From: Spongospora subterranea f. sp. subterranea
Lineage: Eukaryota
DNA length: 64,000 bases
Reading direction: 5' to 3'
Assembly: GCA_049724395.1 (NCBI GenBank)
Contig: JAUGWO010000037.1
Coordinates: forward strand, 1-64,000
The position numbers and the translations under genes were made by a program. The notes beneath the pieces were generated by a model. It was not told the origin of the DNA. It did no database searches and saw only the letters and a program-made list of their open reading frames with translations. This document shows, piece by piece, positions 49,301 to 61,700 of this stretch; the stretch's first letter is position 1; each line of letters begins with the position of its first letter.

Positions 49301-51705
49301 CATCGGTTTCATGACGAAGAACAGGGAATAAGTGACGGCGATCGCCTCCGAATCTGCTAACCCCAGGTTCAACAACAGATTCTTTATATTTCGGTAGTTG
49401 GGGATCGATAACCCCTCCTGGAACTGGCAATTTAGAAAATGATCAACCTAAAAATTTTGGAGTCGATATCACCAGTTTATCTTGAACAAGATAATCAAGA
49501 ACAGGGTGAAGAGAGTTCACATAAAGACCGGCCAGATCAGCGGGGTTCTTGGTCGTCTTTAGGAACGTCGTTAGTGAACTTGAAGAACTATTTTGTTGCA
49601 GAGAGCGTCCGAATTCAGAAGGGATCTTGAGAGTCCCGGCCACGATCCGCCCCTGGGCCTCCAGAGCTTTCGAGAAGATAGCACTATTCAGCTGCTGACC
49701 CGTCGTCGAACTCGACGGACAGAATTGCGATTTCGGATCGAAATCGAGGTCGTCTGCAGAAGAGCCCTAAACACCCACAATCAGTCTCCAAACTGCGGAT
49801 CGGTTCAACAACCCCTGATCGAGATTACCATGAACCCGATCGCCATCGGCAGGAATTTATTGCAAAACGCAGATATGGTGTGATGATGAAGTGTGGAGTT
49901 GGAGTTGGCGACAAGGGTTCCAATGCAGTTCAGACCGATCGGAAGTGAGCTATGGGCAGAAAGAACATCCGTCTTGAGATACCAAAGAGACCCGATCCAG
50001 ATTCGCGACGCGAGACCGAAATCGGCGCGGTTCGCGCCGAGTGCCACCTCGGCGCCGAAGAAAACGTTGAACACGCTCTGGACAGAGGCGATTTTCGAGG
50101 GCATCGCACTGGTCAGATTGCTGAGATATTCAGACGATCGTTGACCATTGATGATCGGGAGTGATGAAATGGGCAACGGGATCTGGAAGGTTCGCTGGGT
50201 GAGAAAGCAGGAAGAGGCCAACAAGGCCAAGGTGCTCCTGGACACAAACTCGGCCTGTTCTTTGGTGAGATTCGAACGACTTAATGTGGCGGTTAAGTCG
50301 CCGAGCGTTGGCAATGGAGCTTGATTGATCATGGCCAGCGATGAATAGTTCGCCGAAAGAAAGGAATCAACGGCGCGAATCGCGCTTCCCATTGGAATAC
50401 TCGTTCCCTGTAAGATCTGGAACAGCGAGCTTTCGAATATCGTTGAAAACACGTTCTGAGGGATCGAGGCAATGCAAGAATGGAGTTTCTGAGGCGCGAC
50501 CTGACCCCACCTAGGCAAATGTTATAAATTACGGGGGAAAGGCAAAGAGCATATACGAATTCGCCTTACACATGATCGGGGTCGACCGGGACAAAAGGCG
50601 TTCCGGGAGGGCAAAATTTCTGATCTTGCACCTCGAGTCCATGTTGCCAAGCGTTGCCGATCGCGGTCGCATTCGGATCTGAAAAAAACAATGTCAGGCC
50701 CGATCGGACGGCGCCGGAAATCGCCGCAAATTACGTTGACGGAACTGGTGCTCGACCCAGGATCGTTCCGGGAAAGAATCGTGGTTGATGATGGACGTGG
50801 AGTTGAATCCGTCCTTGGCGAGGAAGCCCATTAACATGGGGACGATCTGTGCATATTTCACGTAAAACACCCCTGATTGCGTCGACGATGAAGCAATACC
50901 TGGCTATGGTTGAATAAAGGAACATTGACCAGAACCGATTGCATTCCATCAACAATTAGCTTGACGTATTCGCTCTTGGTCAAAGTCCCATTCCACAATG
51001 CAGCTCGATTCGTCGTCGTGAACTGTTTCCCGAGCAGATCGTGATTGGTCCGTTGGACTCGATCCAGCAAACAGGACGTCGGATCAAAGAAATTCGGCCC
51101 ATGACCACCACATGTTGGAAACCCTAAAAGTATTAGTTGAGTCGTGAGATTGTGCACGATTGCTCGTGGGATTAACCTTGAGCTTGGCACGACGTGTAAT
51201 TCCTCGATAGCATCGAGTGGAAAATGTCAACGACGAGGGAATACGCGCCCACCTGATCCCGGTAGAAATAATCGACCTTGCGCGAAAAGGATTGCAAAAG
51301 CACATCCCGGGTCGGAATGGTCTTATGACGAAGATTGTAATGACGTAGATACGATAGATCATTGAGGAGGAAGTCGGTATGATTGGCAATTATTTCGGGA
51401 GAATACGAAACGCTTTTACCGAAAATACCCAGGACGGACGGCATCACGGCGGCGAAATCGTTGGCGACAACGTTCAAGAAGTCGTCACCGGTGAAGTTAA
51501 CTGGGGAGACGCAGAACCAACATAGATCAGCGCCATCGAGACGAGATGGGGAATACTGATGCGGTTGCTGGTTAGGATTAGGTGATGGCGATGGCGGTCC
51601 AGACGACGAAGTCTGGGCAGACGAATATCGGGAAGTGATCCTGTTTGTCGTAACCGCCATGGCGGACGCCAAGCACAAAATACCCAGAAGCACCACCTTC
51701 TTCAT
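31330..51705 (-). CDS. Giant multi-exon single-pass cell-surface protein: signal peptide, three tandem unknown modules, FN3-like repeats, Cys-rich segment, REJ domain, GPS-like motif, SEA-like segment, TM helix, P/Q/Y-rich tail
   Basis: Signal peptide MKKVVLLGILCLASAMA. REJ motifs IAGG..IVLDGSKSTDPD..LTFEWDC and VNSPPSTGSLNV..NWVDD. GPS-like KCLQFDNKTKVW..VSCS..AFVAV. SEA-like LATALNISPSRI..GSVIVTF. TM AIGGVIAAIAALGILIILY-RRCKRR. Same-strand exons are separated by short GT-AG introns where checked, and no internal signal peptide was seen. The single-gene model is inferred. Confidence 0.7.
31405..31600 (-). repeat. 24-bp coding repeat (PAYPMQGQ-like, ~6-7 units) in the cytoplasmic tail
   Basis: ORF 31330-31893 reads QGAPAYPMQGQPAYPMQGQPAYPMQGQPAYPMQGQ. 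Confidence 0.9.
43130..43420 (-). repeat. 51-bp coding repeat (GPGPSSFSPSFQPFSSM, ~5-6 units)
   Basis: Seen in ORF 42759-44423. Confidence 0.9.
46320..46570 (-). repeat. 21-bp coding repeat (SSPGPSM, ~10 units)
   Basis: Seen in ORF 46114-46785. Confidence 0.9.
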
Positions 51706-52772
51706 AATTTATTGCTGAATATTCGTTAATGAATATATAAATACGGGATAGATCTGATATACTGATCAACACACTGTACGAACGACAATGTCGTTGAAAC
51801 ACGTCGGGATCCGATGATGAACCAGATCCGCGATTAAAAACACAAACACGCTCAATTCTCAGCGAATTAAAAGCGAAATAGCGAAATATGGGAGAAGATC
51901 GGCGGTACCAAAGGGAAAATGAGAGTCGAACCAGGACCATTAAGCGGCGCCAGTAATATTCAGATCGGTACAGCTGAACAGAATCTGGAGTTTGGCGCTC
52001 GATCAAGGTGCAACATGTCCAACGCGGCGTACCTCGATCCGATCATGAGGTGACCTGCCGCTGCATTTCAGGAAACGATCCCTTGATTTAGAAGAGTTAG
52101 TGGCGGGGTCGATCGCTCGTAATGACGATTCCATATCGACATGGAGTACACGATTCAAAAGTTGCCTTGATTGGATAACCGATCAAGTTTTTGCACCAGC
52201 GTCGTAGCAAACCACGTGATCGAGACATGTTAAAGGTCGATACACAAAAGCGATACTACTCAAACGTTATTCGTGAACTTGTTCAAATGTAGCGCCTTGT
52301 ATAAGTTGACATCTACAGCGCCCTACTGCATGTTTGATGATATGATATGCCAAAGTGTTGATGCCAATGTTTCTAGAGATGAAAGATGCTATTTCTCCAC
52401 AAGAGCAGTGGTTTCAATTCGTGCTGTTTTGGTCGCGGCAAAATGCTAAATAGGGTTGAGGAGAGGATTGCTGGAAAATCGGAAGACGCTTAAAAATGTG
52501 GGATGAAAACAAAGGTCGCTCTGCTAGATAATTGACCACTCACTCGAGCATGAACCTTGGAATGGGAATCTGTTTAGTATATTAACCATATGTGAATGGT
52601 ATCTGATACTTCTAGAAACTGTCTTGAAAATCAGTTTAGATGGTTAATGTCCATATGACCTCACAACTACGATGGATTAGCAAGCATTCTCGCTCCGATG
52701 TTGCCTACTAGGTAATGATTTTCGGTTGACTGTATGGTTGTTCCCTTTTTCTGTACTACATTCATAGTCATC

Positions 52773-53643
52773 TCATCCGGTCAAACGAAATGACAACAAA
52801 CGCATAAAACCTGGGACTGAACTTAGCGATCGTAAATTAAACGCCATATGATTTAGTTGAAGAATCTTCGAGGAATTCCATCTCCTCCTGTGTAGAGGTT
52901 CGCTGCAAAACAGCATTTCTATGAGGGTATCGCCCGAACCTTTCCAACACCTATCTGGGTTCTTAGCCAATCCATTCCAGTAACAGCCAATAGATGCTCT
53001 TACAGCAGTGTGCTCATTGAGACATTCCAAATCCGCTTCGACTTTAGCTTGAATATGTTGATAGCCTCTCCTATCCTTGGCATCTTGAACGGTTTGAATA
53101 TGACACTCTTTCGCAAGTGTATGATCACCGATGTTTTCAGAATAGACTAATGGAAGATACAAAAACTTCCTTTCGATGACCATAATCTTCAAACGTTTTG
53201 AAGTCAATACCGGAAGATCAGTTTGAGCTGACTACGACACACCTGGCGATGAATTCCGGAGTCAATAGATCTCTTGACCCTGTTGATGGCTTGTTCGTCG
53301 AGAGAGTACGCCTCACATTTGTTCTTGTGAATACGTCTGCCAAGCGGGTGCGACAGAATCACAAACGAGAGCAGTCCCTCCACGTCATTAGGCCATGATT
53401 CGTCATCGAACTGTCCAGCAGCAACACGGCCGAATAGCGCCCCATAGTCTTTCCTCATCTTACAGCAAACGTCATGTTTTTGCTGAGGATTCAATGCCTC
53501 TCCGTACCTAAATTGTGTCAGAAATTACCAAGAAAAACAAGCCAATCCTCTCACCAGGTAGTTTGTGCCCGCTTCAATGATTCCCTGCTGTAGTAAAACC
53601 TTCTGACGTCCCCAAGCCACAGGTCGAGTATAGACGTCCTCAT
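52773..53643 (-). CDS. Divergent DUF924-family protein, at least two introns
   Basis: Spliced reading MRTSILDLWLG...DYGALFGRVAAG..SW..DVEGLLSFVIL..AYSLDEQA..IDSG..ERKFLYLPLVYSE..DH follows the DUF924 motif order; 3' end uncertain. Confidence 0.62.
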
Positions 53644-53681
53644 CTTGATTCCTGTTTTCGCTGATATTCGAGTGGGCGGGA

Positions 53682-56600
53682 TGTGAATATAGGAATCCAT
53701 AACCCCCATGATGACGATGACGGCCAGAGCAGCACTGATTCGAATCGAATTATCCCAATCAATTACAGTCTGTCAACGAGTGTGATTATTGATGTCCGTG
53801 GACTGGAGCTGCTGTTGAGGTGCCTGTTAGCGCCATCTAGGGGGGTAACCCTCTCAATAATATCATTACAACAGACAATGACCTGGACGAACCCGTTGAT
53901 ATCTACACTGCGAATGGCGCCAAGTTGTTCGGAGTTGGCGAAGGCAATGTGAAGGTCGGCCAGCTGACTATGAAGGATGTGCTGTATGTCCCGCAACTTA
54001 AGGCGACTTTGCTTTCGGTGAGCGCGGCGACAAAAAGAGGCGCTCAGATCCGGTTCGGTCCGGACTGTTGTATCGTTACCCTGAACGGTAAAGAGATCAA
54101 AATTGGCCAGCGACAAGGAAAGAGCTATGCTCTGAAGGTGAATGTTCCAAAGAAGGTGGATGTTCCAAAGAAGATGGCTGTGATCAACAGAGAGCTTTTG
54201 CATAAACGACTTGGACATTTGAACTATGCCGCGCTGGATGGTTCGAGAAGGAGCTGTTTCTGGAATCCAGCTCACTGGGGGCAAGCCCGATGTGTGCGAG
54301 AGCTGCGTTTCTGCGAAGCTATCCCAGTCTTCTTTCCCTATGAGGTCGTGTTCTCGGGAAACGACTGCTGTCAACGATCTGATCCATTCTGACGTTGTCG
54401 GGCCGATGTCTAGGCAATCATTCGGCGGTAAGAGGTACGTCGTCTTCTTCATTGACGACTACTCCAGATATGCTACGGCTTATTTTCTGGAGACGAAAGC
54501 AAAGGTATTCGAGGCCTTCAAGGACTACAAAAACATGGTGGAGACAGAACACCGAAGGTCTATTCGACGATTTCATTCTGATAATGGCGGCGAGTATACG
54601 TCTACCGCGTTCAAGAAATTTCTGAGGAGCTCCGGTATCAAGCAGGAGCTGACTGTGGCGAGAAGGCCGCAGCAGAATGGAGTCGCGGAGCGGTATAACC
54701 GGACAGTGATCGAGATGGCCCGATCAATGCTGCTGTCTTCTGAATTACCAAGACAGTACTGGGCGGAAGCAGTCCAGACAGCGGCGTTTAATCGGAATCG
54801 CTGTTGGACGTCAAGCATACCGAAGGGCAAGACCCCTTTGGGCGGAAGCAGTCCAGGCTGCGGTGTTTAATCGGAATCGCTGTTGGACGTCAAGCATACC
54901 GAAGGGCAAGACTCCTTATGAGTTCTTGACGGGCCGGAAACCAAACCTACGGTTTCTACGAGTCTTCGGCTGTATGGTCTGGTACAAGGTGGACCAATTC
55001 GGCAAATTTGATCAACGAGCTCGTCGAGGGACGTTTATTGGGTATCCGTCTAACAAGAAAGGCTACCGGATTATGGATCTAATAACAAAGAAAGTCGTGG
55101 TCAGCCGGGACGTGGTGTTCGAAGAGGTCGAACGGCGTCACGAGATTGACGAAGATTTTGGACACGAAGGCCCGGAACATGTGAAAGAGAGGCCGGTCCA
55201 GAATCACCACGAACCGGAGCCGAAAGCTCCGATTCCGGAGGAAGTCCGGCGTTCGTCGCGGACACGACGACCACCAATCAGGTTTATGGACGAGCAGGCT
55301 ATGTTCTGCTTCATATGTCAGGAACAGGAGGAGCCAAAGACGCGAGCAGAAGCGTTGAAAGCGGAGGATCGAAAGCAGTGGCAGACGGCAATGGAGTTGG
55401 AATACCAGGCGCTGAAGAAGAACAACATGTGGACGGTAGTTCGGAGGCCGGAGGATCGGAAGGTGATCGACAGCCGCTGGGTCTTCAAACGAAAGAGAGA
55501 TTAGAACAACCAAGTCGTTAAGCATAAGGCGAGGCTGGTGGCGCGAGGGTTCACCCAGGTCTGTGGCTGCGACTACTTGGAGACCTACAGCCCGGTGGCG
55601 AATACCGCGTCGATTCGAGCGATCATGTCGATAGCTGCGTCCCAGAATCTGGATCTGTTCCAGATGGATATCGAAACTGCGTTCCAGCACCAAGATCTCA
55701 AAGAAGAGATTTACATGGAGCAGCCTTCAGGGTTTATCAAGCCAGGGACTTCCGCGGAAACCCACGTATGTAAACTGCACAAGGTTTTATACGGATTAAA
55801 ACAAGGCGCGATTGAACTACATAAGCATTTAATGGACATATTTCAGCAGCATGAATATCAAAACGTCACTGTGGACAAGTGCGTTATTTATAGGAACTAC
55901 CAGGACGGCAGTTAGATAATAGGTGCCGTACATGTCGATGATATTATTTGTGCATGTACGGCACCTATGGTCTATGAGCGGTTTAAAACCGACTTATCGA
56001 CTGTTTTTCCAATCAAGGATCTAGGAGAAGTTCAGTTTATCTTAGGGATGCATGTAATTAGGAACAGAAAGACGAAGCGAATCCATCTTTCTCAAGCTGC
56101 GAAGGTCGAGAAAATGTTGGAAGTCTTCGGGATGCAGGACTGCAAGCCTGTGAAGACACCTCCCGTCCATGCACATGCGGAACCAACACAGGGTTATGGG
56201 CCCAGTGATGCATATCTGGATCAAATCAACCTCAGATACGTGCGGGTCCACCTGTCGCAACTCCTTGGCGATCGTAGTAAACTTGTCCAGAAAGGAATAC
56301 AGATCGCCACACTCCATCAATCTCAGTCGCTGAAGTTGCGTCCGCAGCGTGTTGACGTGCGTCGCAGACTGATCCTCGAACTTCCGCAGAACCGCCCGAT
56401 ACAGATCTCGGGCATTCCCGGCGGTCGTGAAGCTAGAGAGGAGATTCTGGGCAATCGAGCACAGCAGCTCGTCGTACAGGGCCTTCGCTGGAAGGGTCGC
56501 CTGTTCCTCGTCCGTACTGTCCTCTGCCACAGCTCATAAAGGACCTCATCATGACTTTCCACACAGAGTAATTCTCAATGCCGACCAAGTGGGTACCCCG

Positions 56601-56871
56601 GTAGTGCTTGCAGGGCCCATAACCCTGTGTTGGTTCCGCATGTGCATGGACGGGAGGTGTCTTCACAGGCTTGCAGTCCTGCATCCCGAAGACTTCCAAC
56701 ATTTTCTCGACCTTCGCAGCTTGAGAAAGATGGATTCGCTTCGTCTTCCTGTTCCTAATTACATGCATCCCTAAGATAAACTGAACTTCTCCTACAGATA
56801 TAACCTCTCAACAATATCATTACAACAGACAATATAACAGATATACCTCTATCATTCATCCCTAGAAAAAC
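53682..56871 (+). mobile_element. Rearranged, defective Ty1/copia LTR retrotransposon
   Basis: Protease tail DVLYVPQL..LLSVS; GAG-pre-integrase LLHKRLGH; integrase IHSDVVGP, FIDDYSR, HSDNGGEY, QQNGVAER; RT WVFKRK, KARLVARGF, LYGLKQ, HVDD. Gag fragment is inverted (56204-56612). No RNase H. A shared ~34-bp sequence at ~53846 and ~56801 may be LTR remnants; outer limits uncertain. Confidence 0.92.
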
Positions 56872-57207
56872 AGCATCATAATTACAAGGGATCACTGATT
56901 TTGAAAAAAGTTCTGAAAAAACTGCCGCTCATCAAGTTTGATTTTACATCATTGAAAATTCGTGTTCGTGTGATGACTTACATTGAGGACGCAATTAATA
57001 GGCCAATCTTGAGAGCGTGAAGATGTTATCTCAGATAAATGTGTATTAGGATATTAATGGGATCAACTCGCTGTGAGTCCCAGATACCCAATGGGATAAC
57101 AATCTTCCGGAACTCGACACAGATAGTTGTTCTGGAATGCGGCAATCGCCCGGCAGTCATCCTGTCCCCCTATTGTGAGTTTACCTGCGCCCTCGCCTGT
57201 CTACCCG

Positions 57208-57290
57208 AACGCCCTCTCGCTCTCCGCTCCCCAAACGCCCTCTCGCTCCCCGCTCCCCAAACCCCTCTCGCTCTCCGCTTCCCAAACGCC
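57208..57290. repeat. Three ~26-bp C-rich tandem repeats (gccctctcgctctccgctccccaaac)
   Basis: Read directly; lies upstream of the sestrin gene. Confidence 0.85.
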
Positions 57291-57501
57291 AAACCATAAT
57301 CAAATCGACATCACGTCAGAATTAATAGTCCGTCAGTGATCCGGAAAACTTCACAAAATCGTTATTATATTTATTTACTGGATTGGGTGATTTGGGGAGG
57401 GCGACAAGGCGAACGCGCTGCGCCTACGGCCAAGCGGGTCACCGGCCGATACTTTCAAGTACGCGGTTCGCCCTTCACCGTGATATCGTCCAGACGATGA
57501 T

Positions 57502-59385
57502 GTGTTTTTCGTAGTGGTCCAACTTTTCGGCTTTTCCGACGCCCAGTTTCTACCAGAAATACTGTCGCAATCCGAACATGAGCGCCGAGTCTGCGTAAAT
57601 CGCGTCTGTATGCACCTTAAATCCCTAGCTAGCAGAAGGAGCTCAAGTCCAGAATTATCTCAAGCCATCCCAACAATTCAGGTTATGGAAACGGATTTAT
57701 TTCTTTCGTAAAATTGATGAACAGGCTATTATAGCGCCTCGCAATTGATTGCCCATTCCCAGAAATTCGCGCAAAATTTGCAACACTCTGCGAAGACATT
57801 GGTGTTGTTCCCAGAAAATCGCCAATTTCTTATTTTCTTCCTTCCGAATCCATATTAAACATTGCCGACATACCTGACGGACCACTACTACATTATTTTC
57901 AAGACTCTTTTCTCTTACTGGTAGATTCATCTTATTCTTTGAACCATTCAGTTGTTGATTTGCGTTCAGGGACGTCTGCGCCATGTTGACCGAGTTATAT
58001 CTATGCTTCCAGGTCGGTGTTGACCCACTGCTGGCATTCTTGTTCAACAATAATTTTTTGCTAGGATTTGCTGTTTCATACTTCAACAGCTATGTTGCAT
58101 TAATGCACGAAGAAGGTCCCTTGCCGATACATTTTCGAAATTATCTTGCCATTATGGCCGCAGCACGACACGGTTGCAGTTATCTTGTTCAATGCCAGGT
58201 CCGGTCCAAGTTGGTTTACCTTTTCCTCATGCTAACTAGTCTTTACAGGAATCTGAGTTTCTGATCAATGGGGGCCCAATCGAATGGCTAACCGATCCCA
58301 ACGCTGTTCCTGAAAAGATTCACAAGCTTCGTTTACTCAATGCTTACATGTCTCATCAGGTATTAGCGTAGAGTTGCACAAATGGATTTTCTGATTCAGT
58401 TTCAGCCTTGGCGCATTCATCCTGACATGCTCCCCAGCGACATTAGCATTCCAGAATTGGTTCACGCCATTGTCGTTATGTCGACATTCCAGGCATTATC
58501 TGGGCTGTGTTTCGGATTTGGGATATGCTTGGAAAACAGCGATGTTGTAAGTCTCAATCAGTCATCGGTTGATTTGGCTAATTTTTCTTCATAGCCGACT
58601 CCTTCTAACAGCATCGTCGAAGATACCCCAACGGGTGCCGATTCTCCCAGTCTTGCTACCATTTTGCAGACCTCACTAGAAGATCTTTTGATACAACAAC
58701 AATTTTCACCTCCGCCCGACTCGGACGTAGACACCGTCCCAGAAGCAGCAACAAATGCAGATTTTTCACATTATGTTGGTGACGTCGCTCTCCATCTTCA
58801 ATATGAAGATTATAATGTGAAAACGGATAAGGTTGGCACTGTTTAATCATCATCTCCTGCTTGATCCCAATCAACCGATATGGCACAGCCGTTTTATATT
58901 TGCGACTTCGATTTCAAAGGTCAAGCATATTCCCTATTGGCTCGATACTGGCATGAAAATGGTGCTCAACTTCTTGAGCAAGAATTTGACCTTATTTATC
59001 AGATAACGGATCGTTCCGTGCTTGGGAGTGTAGGCGAAGTCGATACTGGTCCTATACGACGAGCCATATGGCACTATATATTTCGGTAATCGATGCGAAA
59101 AGCTAAGATTCATTCATCAATTGGGTTTCTAGACTTTTCGGGGCTGAAAACGATGCCTATAATTATCAAGAAGTTAATATTTATCTGTCGCGTGCTATCA
59201 AGCTGTATATCAAGAAGATGTCCTGCCATGGTCATACAGTGACCAGCCAGAACTTTCAGGGGATCAGAAATAAGCTGCGTCCTAATGAAATAGCACACGT
59301 TGCGCTGCTGACAATGGAAGCCAGGCGGCAAGCGACCATTCTCTTTAGCCTTAGGGCGTTGAGGAGTAAATACCATAATGCTTAA
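57502..59385 (+). CDS. Sestrin (PA26) family protein, multi-exon
   Basis: GPLPIHFRNYLAIMAAARHGCSYLV, FLINGG..WL, HQ-PWRI, ELVHAIVVMSTF, VDTGPIRRAIWHY, YNYQEVN, HVALLTMEARRQA; stop at 59383-59385; true start probably slightly upstream. Confidence 0.92.
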
Positions 59386-59959
59386 ACTCAGTTGTGTACA
59401 TATCTTGCAGATACAATCGCTTATTCAGGTGCCATTTCGAGTGCTCTGTATATTTTTGCATATAGATGAGATAATATTCTTGCTAACTAATACCATATAA
59501 ACCTTTTGAACTATGTCATTCGGATTCAACAGCCTTCATCAATAGCATGATTTTTGCATGATCACATGATTCTTCAGGAATACTTGAACTGAACAAGCAG
59601 GTGACGAACTCGTGGGCAGAGAAAACACCGAAGAGATGGGAAAGGCTGAAACGGTTTGATACAGTTGGAGAAGCTGGAAAGCAGTACGATAGAGGGGATT
59701 CATCACATGTGGGGTGGGCAGGTAGGACAGGCTCCAACTATCCAACGACCATAAAAAGTCAAATTTGAACATGCATCAGACCGCAGACAACTGAAGAAAA
59801 CGCATCTACAACGAAAACCAGATATAGCATTTTGGACAGAGCGATTTCCGGACTTGTGTTTTCGGTTTGTTGTTCCACCTTCGCAAATAACAAAACGTAA
59901 AACGGCAACAACTTCCCAAACAGAGATATTCGCGCTTTCTTGTCAGAAAAACCCTGGTT

Positions 59960-60215
59960 CTGTTGATTATAGGTCAAGCCGATACAATCCCGCATCGCCT
60001 TAGCAGCGACCTCCAAGAAAAGCGGTTGCCTGGGTTCTTGAGCTTTCCCGACCATGATCCATTCGTCCACAAGGTGTCGGAACACTCGCCGTTCTGGATC
60101 ATGCGTATCTTCTCGGCCTCCCAAAGACGCGTCCATTCGTCCTTGAGCTTGGAGATCACAAACGAGTCAGCTGGCTGAACAAGGTCTGTCGCACAGGGCG
60201 GAAAAATATCGCAGC
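59960..60215 (-). mobile_element. Fragment of a second DDE_1/pogo-like transposase (C-terminal part)
   Basis: FPPCATDLVQPADSFVISKLKDEW...SGKLKNPG, then a frameshift to FLEVAAKAMRD. Confidence 0.7.
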
Positions 60216-60489
60216 TCCGTATTGGTCTTCGCGAGAACAATCCGCAAATCGGGATTGTCGTTGTGGCCACAACAGTTAGCCACGTACATCACAGTCTTGC
60301 GATCAGCGCCGTCGCCCTTGTACGCGCTTACCTCGCCAAACCATTGAGGAAATACCTATATTGCATAGCAATGAGGTGTCTGCACCATTTTTGGTTGCAA
60401 TGGATTTCAATTAAGGGCTGCACTGCTGAACTGACCATATATGTTTTGCAATGATAATGTAAGAATTTGTATGAAATATCAATTTGATC

Positions 60490-61700
60490 GTCAGAATATT
60501 TAAGGCCTTCACTACGCGAGGAATTACGGGTAGTTTGGCTGTCAATTTCTTGGAGTGATCTATGGCATAATCTTCGCCATCCGATCTTGAATATATCGAG
60601 CCAATCCTCGAACCTGTGGCGTATTCCAGATTTCAGGGGCTCCGATTCCCAGATCGACTGGTTGTGCCAAATCAGTACTGCCACCTGGTATACAATGCTC
60701 AACAGAAACTCCAAGGTCCTGAAACTTGGCCACAACCGTGGCCATCATGTGGCAACGGTACGAATCAAGCAGAAGCAGAATCAACGCGCGTTCATCGTTA
60801 AGATTACTGTTCTTGATATATGGCTCCAATACCTGTCAAGCAATCAAATACGAATAAAACGAGCTGATATGTTTTACATTGTCGATCCACTTGATCATCA
60901 TTTTTTCATCCATCCAGGCGTTATCCTGGCAAGCATAAGTTGCCCCATCTGAAAAATTTGGGGATAATCGGGCAATCAGGCCTGACGATATGCCCTTGAG
61001 TATTATAATTGGTACGAGGATGTCGCCATTAACGCCAACTATTACTCGTAGGGTAAAGTTTGTGCTTGAGCTAATATTCACCGTTCGTGCACCGATACGA
61101 TTTAACTCGGCGCCGGCTTCCATTGAAAAACCCCTGGCGTCTGATCCATGTTCAGGATCAGATGCTGCGCTGGCAACGAAGGTAATTGCTTTCTGATTGA
61201 CATGACAAAGTCAGCCGCCAATTTTCGGAGGGGTTTTGCTGTGCGACATTCGTGACAATCCTGATCCCATAGCGGTGACTTTTGACAAAACGGAGGATAA
61301 TGGAGAGTCTCGCCCCTCCTGATTTCCCTTTAAACTCCCCATTTATGGATTTTATGAAAGAACCGACCATCCTCATTGAAACCGCTGAAGTGATGGCATC
61401 TTAGGACATGAAAACAGACGAATCGATGGAAAGCGTTACCAAAACCACATTCTCGTCTCCAAAAATGATACCATAAAATATCTTCTTGGTGAGAGTCCCG
61501 AATGGACCGAGCACCTGCGAAGACGCTCTTTGTCGATCGACATAATTGAAGCTGTTCGAGAATTCTCCTCCAGCGAGAAACTTGTCCAAGTTGACATTTA
61601 AACTAGCTCAGACCGCTTTGGCCGGTATATCAGGAAGGCCTGCATCGATAGTTTTTAAAATCTCTAACTTCTCAATGGCGGTGTCTGGTCTCCGTTGGGG
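60490..61700 (-). mobile_element. pogo/Tc5-like transposase remnant; longer copy of 15940-16754
   Basis: Same HTH and DDE_1 motifs and same intron, continuing into LLLLDSYRCHM..IPGGSTDLAQPVDLGI; frameshifted. Confidence 0.82.

Noticed and set aside
53846..56835. ~34-bp flanking direct repeat as a target-site duplication
   Set aside because: Far longer than the ~5-bp copia TSD; more likely LTR remnants
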